A DNA stretch of 64,000 nt from an uncultured Gemmatimonadaceae bacterium. GTDB lineage: Bacteria; Gemmatimonadota; Gemmatimonadetes; Gemmatimonadales; Gemmatimonadaceae. Made by a program: the position numbers and the translations under genes. The DNA lies in the NCBI GenBank assembly GCA_963817955.1, contig CAWFQK010000002.1, positions 32,001 to 96,000 on the forward strand, given 5' to 3'. Below are positions 1 through 8,794 of the stretch, piece by piece (position 1 is the first letter of the stretch; each line of letters opens with the position of its first letter). Below the pieces are notes generated by a model. The model made no database searches. It saw only the letters and a list, made by a program, of their open reading frames with translations, and had not been told where the DNA came from.

Positions 1-2547
1 GAGCAACGGGAACCACAGCATCAGTCCAACGGCGAGCCCGCCGGCAATTGTCGCCAGCGAGTCGCGCAGCACTACCCACGACACGCGAACGGGCGACGCC
101 CCGAGAGCGAGCCGAACGCCCATCTCATTCGTGCGGCGCGCCACCGAATAGCTGATCACGCCATAGAGGCCGATCGCCGCGAGCAGCAAGGCGAGGATCC
201 CGAAGGCCGCCGCCAAACGCGCAACGAGCCGCTCCCGGGTCAACCCGCGCTCGAGGAGCCCTTCCATGGTCGTGATGTCGCGAATGGGTATGGCGCGGTC
301 AACCGAGGTCAACGCCTGACGCACGCCCGCGATGACGCTCGCCGGATGCTCGGCGGCAACGCGTACTGCGGCACTCGTGACGTATGCTTGAGGGGCTTGC
401 GCGAGCGCGTGAAAAATCATCGGCGCCGGCGATTCGCGGAGCGAGTTGACTCGCGCATCCCGAACGATGCCGACGACGATCCACGGTTGATCGCTCCCGT
501 GACCGAAGCGCGCGCCAACAACGGAATCACTTCCCAGGAATCTCCGCGCCGCGGTCTCGTTCAGGATCACCACAAGCGGAGCGTCCTTCGTGTCCTGCTC
601 GGTGAACGACCGTCCGCGGACGAGCGGGATTCCCACGGTCCTGAACCAATCCGGAGTGACATAGTTTTCCTGGCCGGTCTCTTGACCAGGCGACAATTTG
701 CGCCCGGGTGGCGTGAAGTCACTGGTGGTGCTCGAACCGCTCGCCAAACCATCGACTGACAGACTGGCCGAGCGAACGCCCGGCACGGCGCGCAACGCGC
801 CGAGCAATCGTTCGTACAGCGCGGGTAGCTGCTCGGACTTGTAACCGGGTGCGCGGACATCAAACCTCGCCGTGACCAGGCGCTCGCGCTCGTAGCCCAC
901 GTCGATATGAACGAGATTCTGGAACGTCCGGACGAACACGCCCGCCGACGTCACGAGCAGCAGCGACAGCGCGATCTGGCCGATCACCAGCGCACGGCCG
1001 AGGGGAAGGCGATGTGATCGGCCGCCGGCGACGACTCGGCCGCCGGTCTTGAAGCTGTCGTAGAGATCCGTTCGCGCGGCCCGCATCGCGGGGGCGATAC
1101 CGAACAGAATTCCGGCGAAGAGTGTGATGCCAAACGCGAACGCCAGCACACGACCGTCCAGCGTCGCGTCGAGGGGAATCGCCTGGCCGCCGGTCGAGGC
1201 AAGCCGCAACAGCAGGCGCGTCGTCCACTGGGCTACCGCGAGGCCCAGGGTGCCGCCGACCATCGCCATCGTCAGACTTTCGGTGAGCGCCTGGCGAATC
1301 AACCGGCCGGACTGCGCGCCCAGCGCGATTCGAACGGCAATTTCCTGTGTGCGTGAAGCGCTTCGCGCCAAAAGCAGGCCGGCCAGGTTCGCGCACGTGA
1401 TCACCAGAACCAGTCCAACGCTCACCATCAGCAGCCTCAGAGGATCGCCGAACTGGTCGCGGAGCGGCGAAAAGCCGCGGCGGACCGACTCGAGAACGAG
1501 ACGCTGCTTCAGTCCGTATGCGCGCGACGCCGAGTCGCTCGGGAGGGTCGCGACGAGAAAGTCATGGAATGGTCCCGCCAGCCGCGCCGCCGCCGACCCG
1601 ACCGCCGCCGCCGCCCCCGGCTGACGCGTGACGAGCGTCAGCCACGCGATGCCGTTCTGCGGAAGCCACGGTCTCTCGGTATCCGCGTTCCATGAAGAGG
1701 CATTGCCGTGATACTTCACCTCCTGCTGCATCACGAGCGGCACGTAGACGTCGACAGGAACGCCGACCGTCAAGCCATCGAAGCCGGCGCCCGCGACACC
1801 AACGATCGTTAACAGTGCTCCGTTCAAGTAAACCGTGCGCCCGATCGCCGACGGATCGCGCGCGAACCGCCGTTCCCAGAATCTGTCGCTAATCACGGCG
1901 ACGGGTCCGCCACCAAGCTCGCGGTCGTCGGCGGCGGCGATGACGCGGCCCCGCTGCGCGGGCACTCCGATCACGTGGAAGAAGTCGCGCGAGACGAGCT
2001 GCGCGAAGACGGCTTCTGATTGATCGCCCGCGACGAAGTACATACGCGTGATCGCGCTCATTCCCGCAAGCTGCGTACTGTCCGGCAGCGCGCCCCGCAT
2101 CCGCTGCATCGCGGGATACGAGAGCCGATAGTTGTCTCGTTCGAGACCGTCTCGCTTGAGGGCATAGATCTCGTCTGGCCGTGCGACAGGAAGCGAGCGT
2201 CGCATCAGCGCGTCGGCGATGCTCCAGACCGACGTGTTCGCACCGATGCCGACCGCCAACGTGAATATTGCCGCGACGCTCAAGCCCGGCGTGCGCCGCA
2301 TGGCGCGAAGCGCCTGCCGGACGTCGGTGACGAAGTCCTCGAGCCAGCGCGTCCCGCGCGAGTCGCGCGTGGCCTCTTTTACCTGTTCGACGCCCCCGAG
2401 CTCCACGCGGGCGCGTCGTCGTGCCTCGTGGGGGGACATGCCGTCGCGGATGAAATCGGCGGTGGCCGCGTCTACATGGAAGCGCAACTCCCTGTCCAGA
2501 TCCCGCTCGAGCACGTTGCGCCCGAAGAGTCGCCCGAGCCATGTCAT
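1..2547 (-). CDS. Orphan ABC permease, duplicated MacB/FtsX (ADOP-like); partial, runs off the left edge
   Basis: Not in the ORF track (no stop in window). ATG 2547 overlaps the padR stop (ATGA); reads MTWLGRLFGRNVLERDLDRELRFHV, later LLVLVITCANLAGLL and RTNEMGVRLALGA typical of FtsX domains. Confidence 0.9.
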   Translation of the reverse strand, partial: MTWLGRLFGRNVLERDLDRELRFHVDAATADFIRDGMSPHEARRRARVELGGVEQVKEATRDSRGTRWLEDFVTDVRQALRAMRRTPGLSVAAIFTLAVGIGANTSVWSIADALMRRSLPVARPDEIYALKRDGLERDNYRLSYPAMQRMRGALPDSTQLAGMSAITRMYFVAGDQSEAVFAQLVSRDFFHVIGVPAQRGRVIAAADDRELGGGPVAVISDRFWERRFARDPSAIGRTVYLNGALLTIVGVAGAGFDGLTVGVPVDVYVPLVMQQEVKYHGNASSWNADTERPWLPQNGIAWLTLVTRQPGAAAAVGSAAARLAGPFHDFLVATLPSDSASRAYGLKQRLVLESVRRGFSPLRDQFGDPLRLLMVSVGLVLVITCANLAGLLLARSASRTQEIAVRIALGAQSGRLIRQALTESLTMAMVGGTLGLAVAQWTTRLLLRLASTGGQAIPLDATLDGRVLAFAFGITLFAGILFGIAPAMRAARTDLYDSFKTGGRVVAGGRSHRLPLGRALVIGQIALSLLLVTSAGVFVRTFQNLVHIDVGYERERLVTARFDVRAPGYKSEQLPALYERLLGALRAVPGVRSASLSVDGLASGSSTTSDFTPPGRKLSPGQETGQENYVTPDWFRTVGIPLVRGRSFTEQDTKDAPLVVILNETAARRFLGSDSVVGARFGHGSDQPWIVVGIVRDARVNSLRESPAPMIFHALAQAPQAYVTSAAVRVAAEHPASVIAGVRQALTSVDRAIPIRDITTMEGLLERGLTRERLVARLAAAFGILALLLAAIGLYGVISYSVARRTNEMGVRLALGASPVRVSWVVLRDSLATIAGGLAVGLMLWFPLL

Positions 2548-2876
2548 GTGGATATCCCCAGTATGAGTCCGATTGCGATCGACAGCTCTTTCCATTCGGC
2601 GACTTCTGCCTCGAGCTTGCGCCGGCCCTTGGCACTCAGCCGATAGAACTTGGCCTCGCGGCCGGAGGCCGTGTCGCGCCACTCGGCCTTGAGCACGCCT
2701 TGGTTCTCGAGGCGATGGAGGGCCGGATAGAGCGATCCCTGCGGCACGTTGAGGCGGCCGCCGGACAGCAGCTTCAGTCGATGCACGAGTGCATAACCAT
2801 GCAGAGGCTCGTCCGCGACGGCGCGCATCACGAGCATGTCCAGCGTACCCTGAAGCAATTCGGCTTTTTCGCTCAT
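2544..2876 (-). CDS. PadR family transcriptional regulator (acidobacterial type)
   Basis: LLQGTLDMLV...HGY...QGSLYPALHRLE...AKFYRL; coupled to the permease. Confidence 0.93.
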   Translation of the reverse strand: MSEKAELLQGTLDMLVMRAVADEPLHGYALVHRLKLLSGGRLNVPQGSLYPALHRLENQGVLKAEWRDTASGREAKFYRLSAKGRRKLEAEVAEWKELSIAIGLILGIST

Positions 2877-2920
2877 ACCTAGGCTTCCTTCTGGTCCACA
2901 ACAAGGATATCTAGGTATGA
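2873..2920. promoter_or_regulatory. Inverted repeat over the padR start: candidate operator or RBS-sequestering hairpin
   Basis: TCATACCTAG (2873-2882) and CTAGGTATGA (2911-2920) perfect arms, inner TCCTT/AAGGA. Confidence 0.6.
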
Positions 2921-3119
2921 CACCACCGTCAAGAAAACAGGTTGGGTCAGGCTCGAGGGGACGTCAAGCGACCAGCCCGACCGGTGTACGAGTAGGTGCT
3001 CTCAGAATCAGCCGATCGCTATTCTGTGCGTTGCGGTAGGTCACTGCCAGCAAGATCACGCCGGATGGTCCTGAAGCCGATCTTCTGAACGGCGCGCGCC
3101 CGTCCGCTTTTCAATGCGC

Positions 3120-4877
3120 TCATGACGAAACCTGACTGATTTCCAATGCTCCGGGAGCCCATCCCATCTCACTCAACTGGCGCACCAGCCCAACCACTTC
3201 CGCCTTGTTCACGTGCGCCGGGCAGATGATGAGATCGCCGTCACGCGCCCAGTCGAACGCTCGGCGTATGGCGGCGATCTCGCTTTCTACGGTTTCCACT
3301 TGTTCCTGGCACATGCCGAGGCGTGACAGCTCGTCGGCCAGAATGCGCGGCACTTCGCCGGCCGCGCGCCCACGCAGCATGGAGATCATCTCTTTGATGA
3401 TGACGTGATCGAACGGCATCACCGCGAATGCGGCGCGGGGAAGCGCGCGGATCAACTCATCGCCGCGATTCCCCGCCTGCCCGAGGATCAACAGCCGCCG
3501 CGTGGCGGGAATGGCCATCGCCGTCTTGCACAGCGCCGCCAACCCCTCAGGGTTGTGCGCGAAGTCGATGAGCACCGTCACGCCGCCCAACCGAGTGATC
3601 TGAAGGCGGCCCGGATTGTCAGTGGCCGCGCCGCCGAATGTGGCCAATGCCTCACGCATGGCATCGACCGGAATGCCCACCGCCGCGCCGAGCAGCGTTG
3701 AACCGAGCACGTTCGCGATGTTGTGCGGTGCGGTACCGTTCAAGGTGATCGGCATCGTCGTGACGTCGCCGAGGTCGTGCCAGGCCTTCCCCACGTGCAG
3801 CATCACACGCCCATCACGGACCATCGCCGCGTCTCCGCCGTCCGCGACGTGTACACCGAGTAACGGATGGTCTGGCACAACGGAGAACCAGGACACCTGC
3901 GCTGTCATGCGTTCCGCGAGGGTCACGAGCTGTTCGTCATCTGCGTTGAGCACGAGATGTCCCTCGATAGGAAGCGCTCGCGCGACGACGCTTTTCACCC
4001 AGGCAAGTTCGCTCAAGGCGCGAATGCCATACTCGCCCAAGTGATCGGCCGAGATATTCGTGATGATCGCCGCCGACGCCCGGCTCACGGCAAGTCCTCG
4101 GCGCAGGATCCCGCCACGCGCCGTTTCGAGCACGGCGGCTTCGACCCGCGCGTTGCGCAACACCTCCCGCGCGCCGGCGGGTCCGGAGTAATCGCCCGAG
4201 GCAACCTGTACACCGTTCACCCACACGCCGTCGCTGCAACACCATCCGGCTACCCGACCGGCCGCACGCCACATCGCCGCGACCAGGCGTGTCGTCGTAG
4301 TCTTACCGTTCGTTCCTGTAACGAGCGCGATCGGCACGTCGCGCACCTCGCGCCATGCAATTTCCGCTGCCGGCGGGAGGTCGCCGAATGGCCAGACGCG
4401 TGATCCGTTGCCGCTGCCAAGGCAGAGCGACTGTTCATCAAAGGAGGCCGTGATCCCTGTCGTAACGGCAGTGGCATACGCGTCCGCGAGATGCGGCCGC
4501 GTTCGCCGTTCTGCGTTCGCGGTTGCACGGAGTCGTGTCACTACAGCATCGTCTGGGCGTTCCTCACCGGCCTCGGCGCAGACCCACGCTTGCTCGTTGA
4601 CCTCCGTTGCGCACATGAGCACATCAATCGGCGCCGGAAGAAAAAGACTCGCACCGGCGCGGGTTCGCCTGGCGCGGAGCGCTGCGCGGTCCCAGCCCAA
4701 CGCGCGAGCGAGGCTACGAGCGTGTGTGAACCACGCACCCACCAGCGCGCCGGCGCGAGCCTCGTCGCATGTGACGTCCAGTACAGCGCCGAACCGTCCA
4801 TCATAGAGATTTGGGCCCAACAAGCGACGGGAATCGATAATGGTCGGCGATGGAAATTCGGACGGTTCCACGTTCAA
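3120..4877 (-). CDS. Cyanophycin synthetase-like Mur ligase (N + M domains, no ATP-grasp domain)
   Basis: N-term DSRRLLGPNLY, P-loop VTGTNGKTTT, LETARGG, LNADD, PGR..DFAHNP; overlaps cphA stop. Confidence 0.85.
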   Translation of the reverse strand: MNVEPSEFPSPTIIDSRRLLGPNLYDGRFGAVLDVTCDEARAGALVGAWFTHARSLARALGWDRAALRARRTRAGASLFLPAPIDVLMCATEVNEQAWVCAEAGEERPDDAVVTRLRATANAERRTRPHLADAYATAVTTGITASFDEQSLCLGSGNGSRVWPFGDLPPAAEIAWREVRDVPIALVTGTNGKTTTTRLVAAMWRAAGRVAGWCCSDGVWVNGVQVASGDYSGPAGAREVLRNARVEAAVLETARGGILRRGLAVSRASAAIITNISADHLGEYGIRALSELAWVKSVVARALPIEGHLVLNADDEQLVTLAERMTAQVSWFSVVPDHPLLGVHVADGGDAAMVRDGRVMLHVGKAWHDLGDVTTMPITLNGTAPHNIANVLGSTLLGAAVGIPVDAMREALATFGGAATDNPGRLQITRLGGVTVLIDFAHNPEGLAALCKTAMAIPATRRLLILGQAGNRGDELIRALPRAAFAVMPFDHVIIKEMISMLRGRAAGEVPRILADELSRLGMCQEQVETVESEIAAIRRAFDWARDGDLIICPAHVNKAEVVGLVRQLSEMGWAPGALEISQVSS

Positions 4878-7738
4878 TCGCTCGCACTGCGCGCCAGCAT
4901 CACCCCGCGCTCATCGCGCAGTAGCGTGAGCTCCTCGTTCGCCAACGACCACGTCGTTTGCGGCACGCAACGCAGTACCGACGCCTTGGCCGGATGAGCA
5001 TCATCGGCTGGTGACTCCTCGAGAACCGAGGCACGCGGCACTACGCGCGCGGCGCGCACGGTCGGTACGACGGACGCGCTCTCGCCCGCGTCGGGACAGA
5101 AACTCACGATCTGCTTCCATCCGCGCGCAATCGCGTCGGCAAACAGCACGAGCAGATCTCCAGGCTGACCCATCCGCAGCGCCGCATCAATGGCTTGCAC
5201 CTCATCGACGATCATCGTGATGCGCTCGTCGTGAATGCCCGCCTCGCGTAGCGCGGCCACGAGCAACCGCGGCACATCGTCGTATCCGCGACCGCGGAGT
5301 GCATCGTCACGGCGGCAGATGTAATGGTCGAAGTTCGCCGCTGCGGCCGCTGCCCCAATGGCCGTGATGTCCTCGTCGCGGCGATCGCCCGGCGCGGACA
5401 ATACGCAGATGCGACGACCCATGACTCCCATGCTGTTCGCGAGGTCGCATATCGCACCCACGGCGTGTGCGTTATGCCCGTAGTCGAGGACCACCTTGAA
5501 TGGGTGCTCGTCGTACACGTTGAGACGGCCCGGCGACTGGAAGAACGTCGTGTCGAAGGTGCGAAGGCCGTGCCGAATGTCCTCGAGCTTGACGCCCATG
5601 GAAAACGCCATGGCTGCGGCAAACATCGCGTTCTGCACGTTGAAGGTTGCGCGTCCTTCCAACGTCGCCGGAATCAGGTGCGTCCAGAGCAGGGAGATGT
5701 GGGCGCCACGATCATAGATCGTGATCATCTTTCCGTTCACGCCTGCCTCGATCCCGCAAGCCCGGCCGCCCGCGCGAATGTGTTCGCGCACGAGATCATG
5801 CGCGGGATCCATCGTCACATAACAGACGTACTTGGCGTCCGTATGCGAGGCCATTCGCAGGGTGAGCGGATCGTCGGCATTGAGTACGGCGGTGTCCGTC
5901 GCGATCTCAACGACGGTTCGCTTCACTTCCGCTAGCTGCCAGAGCGCCTCGATCCCGCTCTGCCCAAGGTGATCGGGCTGAATGTTGAGCACCGCGCCCA
6001 CGTCGACATGGCGCATAGCCATCCCGGCTCGTAGCAAGCCGCCGCGCGCGGTCTCGAGCACGGCAACCTCGACCGCCGGATCGCTGAGCACGATGCGGGC
6101 CGACGTCGGGCCGGTCATGTCCCCTTCGACGGTGCGCTGTCCATCGATGTACACGCCATCGGTAGTCGTCAGCCCGACGCGCTTGCCGGCCAACTTGTGA
6201 ATGTGCGCCAGCATCCGCGCTGTGGTCGTCTTGCCGTTCGTGCCCGTGATCGCGGCAATGGGGATCGTACTCGACGTCTGTCCCGGGAAGAGCATGTCGA
6301 TGACCTTGCCCGCTGCGTCGCGTGGACGCCCTTCGCTGGGCGCCATGTGCATGCGGAATCCCGGCGCCGCATTCACCTCGCAAATCGCACCTCCGACATC
6401 CCTGTAAGACTTCGTGATGTCGGGTGACAGGAAGTCCACTCCCCCGATGTCGAGCCCGATCGCCTGGATCGCCCGCACGGCCATCTCCACGTTGTCCGGA
6501 TGCACGGCGTCAGTCATGTCTGTGGCAGTGCCGCCCGTCGATAGATTCGCCGTGAGGCGGAGGTATACATCTTCGCCCGCCGGCGGGACTGTTTCCGGCG
6601 AGTACCTCCGCATTGCAAGCAACCGCATTGCTTGTGCATCGAGCTCGATCTGCGTGAGCACCTTTTCATGCCCAATGCCACGCTGGGGATCGGCGTTCAC
6701 ACTGGCCAGGAGTTCCTGAATGGTGTGCTCGCCGTCGCCAACAACCTTGCCGGGCTCACGTCGGGACACCGCCACCAGCTCGCCGTTCACCACGAGCATG
6801 CGGTGGTCGAGGCCTGTGACGCAACTCTCGACGATCACGCTGTCCGCGACCTCGTGCGCCCGCAGGAAGCCGTCGGTCACCTCCTCCGGCGTTGTGAGGC
6901 CGATCGATACGCCGCGACCATGGTTCCCGTTGTATGGTTTGGTGACCACGGGATAGCCAATGCGTTCAGCCGCCGCCACCGCGTGTACGGCCGACCGCAC
7001 GAGCCGTTGCTTGGGTACTGGAAGGCCGAGACGAGCGAGAATGTGATTGGTCTCTTCCTTGTCTGATGCGAGATCGACCGCGATGTGTGGAGTCCGTCCG
7101 GTGATCGTTGCTTGAATGCGCTGCTGGTGGCAGCCGTAACCAAGCTGGATGAGGCTCTGGTCGTTGAGCCGGATCCATGGAATGTTCCGCTGTTCGGCGG
7201 CATACACGATGCTCGCCGTGCTGGGTCCGAGCGCGCGTCGCTGCGCATAACGGATGAAGTCGTCGCGCCGCGTCGCGAGGTCGAAGGCATGCTTCGCCAC
7301 ACTCGCAGGGCGTAACTCGCAAGGCAGCAGATCGTGCAGCAAGTCGAGCGCGACGTCGGCCGCTTCGATGCCGACGTCTTCCTGTTCGTACTCGAACACC
7401 ACGTCGTAGACGCCGGCGCGCTCCGTTTCGCGCGTCTTGCCGAACGTCACCTTCACGCCGGCAATGTTCTGCAGCTCGATGGCGACGTGTTCCAACACGT
7501 GGCCCAGCCACGTTCCTTCGCCTTCCGTCATGCGGCGTACGAAACCGCCTGCCTCGCCGAATGAGCAGCTGTGTTCTTGCAGACCTGGCAACGCCTCCAG
7601 GAGCGACGAGATGAACCCGTCGCCCAACCGGCGCGTCGGCCACGATTCGAGCGGCCCCAGATCGAGCTCGAGACGGATGACCGGAAAGTGTGCATAGTGG
7701 CTCGGGCCGACATAGGTCGATCGATCGAGAATCTTCAT
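4874..7738 (-). CDS. cphA: Cyanophycin synthetase
   Basis: Start MKILDRSTYVGPS after AGGAG; EHSCS..GHVLEH N domain, ATP-grasp KPYNGNHGRG / EVNAAPG, Mur P-loop ITGTNGKTTT. Confidence 0.95.
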   Translation of the reverse strand: MKILDRSTYVGPSHYAHFPVIRLELDLGPLESWPTRRLGDGFISSLLEALPGLQEHSCSFGEAGGFVRRMTEGEGTWLGHVLEHVAIELQNIAGVKVTFGKTRETERAGVYDVVFEYEQEDVGIEAADVALDLLHDLLPCELRPASVAKHAFDLATRRDDFIRYAQRRALGPSTASIVYAAEQRNIPWIRLNDQSLIQLGYGCHQQRIQATITGRTPHIAVDLASDKEETNHILARLGLPVPKQRLVRSAVHAVAAAERIGYPVVTKPYNGNHGRGVSIGLTTPEEVTDGFLRAHEVADSVIVESCVTGLDHRMLVVNGELVAVSRREPGKVVGDGEHTIQELLASVNADPQRGIGHEKVLTQIELDAQAMRLLAMRRYSPETVPPAGEDVYLRLTANLSTGGTATDMTDAVHPDNVEMAVRAIQAIGLDIGGVDFLSPDITKSYRDVGGAICEVNAAPGFRMHMAPSEGRPRDAAGKVIDMLFPGQTSSTIPIAAITGTNGKTTTARMLAHIHKLAGKRVGLTTTDGVYIDGQRTVEGDMTGPTSARIVLSDPAVEVAVLETARGGLLRAGMAMRHVDVGAVLNIQPDHLGQSGIEALWQLAEVKRTVVEIATDTAVLNADDPLTLRMASHTDAKYVCYVTMDPAHDLVREHIRAGGRACGIEAGVNGKMITIYDRGAHISLLWTHLIPATLEGRATFNVQNAMFAAAMAFSMGVKLEDIRHGLRTFDTTFFQSPGRLNVYDEHPFKVVLDYGHNAHAVGAICDLANSMGVMGRRICVLSAPGDRRDEDITAIGAAAAAANFDHYICRRDDALRGRGYDDVPRLLVAALREAGIHDERITMIVDEVQAIDAALRMGQPGDLLVLFADAIARGWKQIVSFCPDAGESASVVPTVRAARVVPRASVLEESPADDAHPAKASVLRCVPQTTWSLANEELTLLRDERGVMLARSASD

Positions 7739-7739
7739 T

Positions 7740-8576
7740 CTACTCCTCGCTCCCGAACCTGAACACTTCGCCACCATGCGGGTGCCGAGTATGGAGGTTG
7801 AACGTTGCGCCAGGCGCGAGAACATGAACCGTGACCCCGAGCAGGGTGACCGGATCGCCGGGCTGCGACTCGGCGATGGACGAATATTCCACCGCCGACG
7901 GGTCTACGATCGTGACGGCGCCCGCGCCAACCACTTCGAGGGTCTCGTCCGGTCCGATGAACGCGGCCGTGTCTTCGTCCACGCCGAGGCCCACGGCAAA
8001 CGGATTGTACGCGAGTGCGGCGAGCAGGCGTCCCAGTCGATCGCGTTGACGAAAGTGTTGATCGACGATGACACGATTCGTCAATCCAAGGCCCGCGCAC
8101 ATGTTGACCATTCCCATACGAGGCGTGGTCCCTTCCTCGCCGAACGCGATCATGTGCTCGCTCAGGAACGCCGCCCCCGCACTGGTGCCGGCAACGTGAA
8201 CGCCTGCCGCGTTGCGTAGCCGCATCAGCTTCGCGACCGGCGTTCCCCCGAGCGTCGCAGTGAGCTTGAGCTGATTGCCGCCGGTGATGAAGATGCCGGT
8301 TGCGCTGCGCAGCCAATCGAGCCAATCCTCATCGTCGCAGTCGCTGCGTCGCTCGAATCGCAGCGACTTGGAAATCGCTACGCCATGTTTGGCAAAGACG
8401 CCGTCGAAGAATGTACCAATGTCGGGCTCGCTCGATGCCGTTGTGATGACGGCGATGCGCGCATCGCGGCCGCCACTCAGCGCGACGAACCGATCGAGGA
8501 CTGCCTCTTCGCGCAGCTTTCCGCCGATCGGAATGATCCAACCACGTTCGACGCCAGAGTTGAGAGGGGCGAGCAT
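7740..8576 (-). CDS. cphB: Cyanophycinase (peptidase S51)
   Basis: IPIGG, FITGGNQ, GTSAG nucleophile, DQHFRQRDRLGRL, GVDEDTA; directly upstream of cphA. Confidence 0.95.
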   Translation of the reverse strand: MLAPLNSGVERGWIIPIGGKLREEAVLDRFVALSGGRDARIAVITTASSEPDIGTFFDGVFAKHGVAISKSLRFERRSDCDDEDWLDWLRSATGIFITGGNQLKLTATLGGTPVAKLMRLRNAAGVHVAGTSAGAAFLSEHMIAFGEEGTTPRMGMVNMCAGLGLTNRVIVDQHFRQRDRLGRLLAALAYNPFAVGLGVDEDTAAFIGPDETLEVVGAGAVTIVDPSAVEYSSIAESQPGDPVTLLGVTVHVLAPGATFNLHTRHPHGGEVFRFGSEE

Positions 8577-8794
8577 TGTACTAAGGTGACGTGCCCCTGC
8601 CGCATACGGCTAAGGGGCAACTGCAGTACATAGGTAGTACATAGACTGACATTTGCCCTCGGCACATAGACGGACACAGATGGCGGCAGCGACTTCAGCA
8701 ACAGCGGTTGGCTGCCGAACCTTGTATGCGAGACCGATGCCAGCCGGCTCGACGTCCGGCGGTGGCGTGTTTGCGCAATACACTTGTGTCGTCA

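Noticed and set aside
299..2646. Many short ORFs over the permease, and similar Arg/Ala-rich ORFs throughout
   Set aside because: Shadow frames typical of high-GC DNA, with no motifs
3004..3027. Hairpin CAGAAT..ATTCTG as terminator or riboswitch
   Set aside because: Short stem, no U-tract and no aptamer motifs
8760..8775. Sigma54 site CGGTGGCGTGTTTGCG before the propeller kinase
   Set aside because: Spacing fits but the -24 element is poor; likely chance in GC-rich DNA
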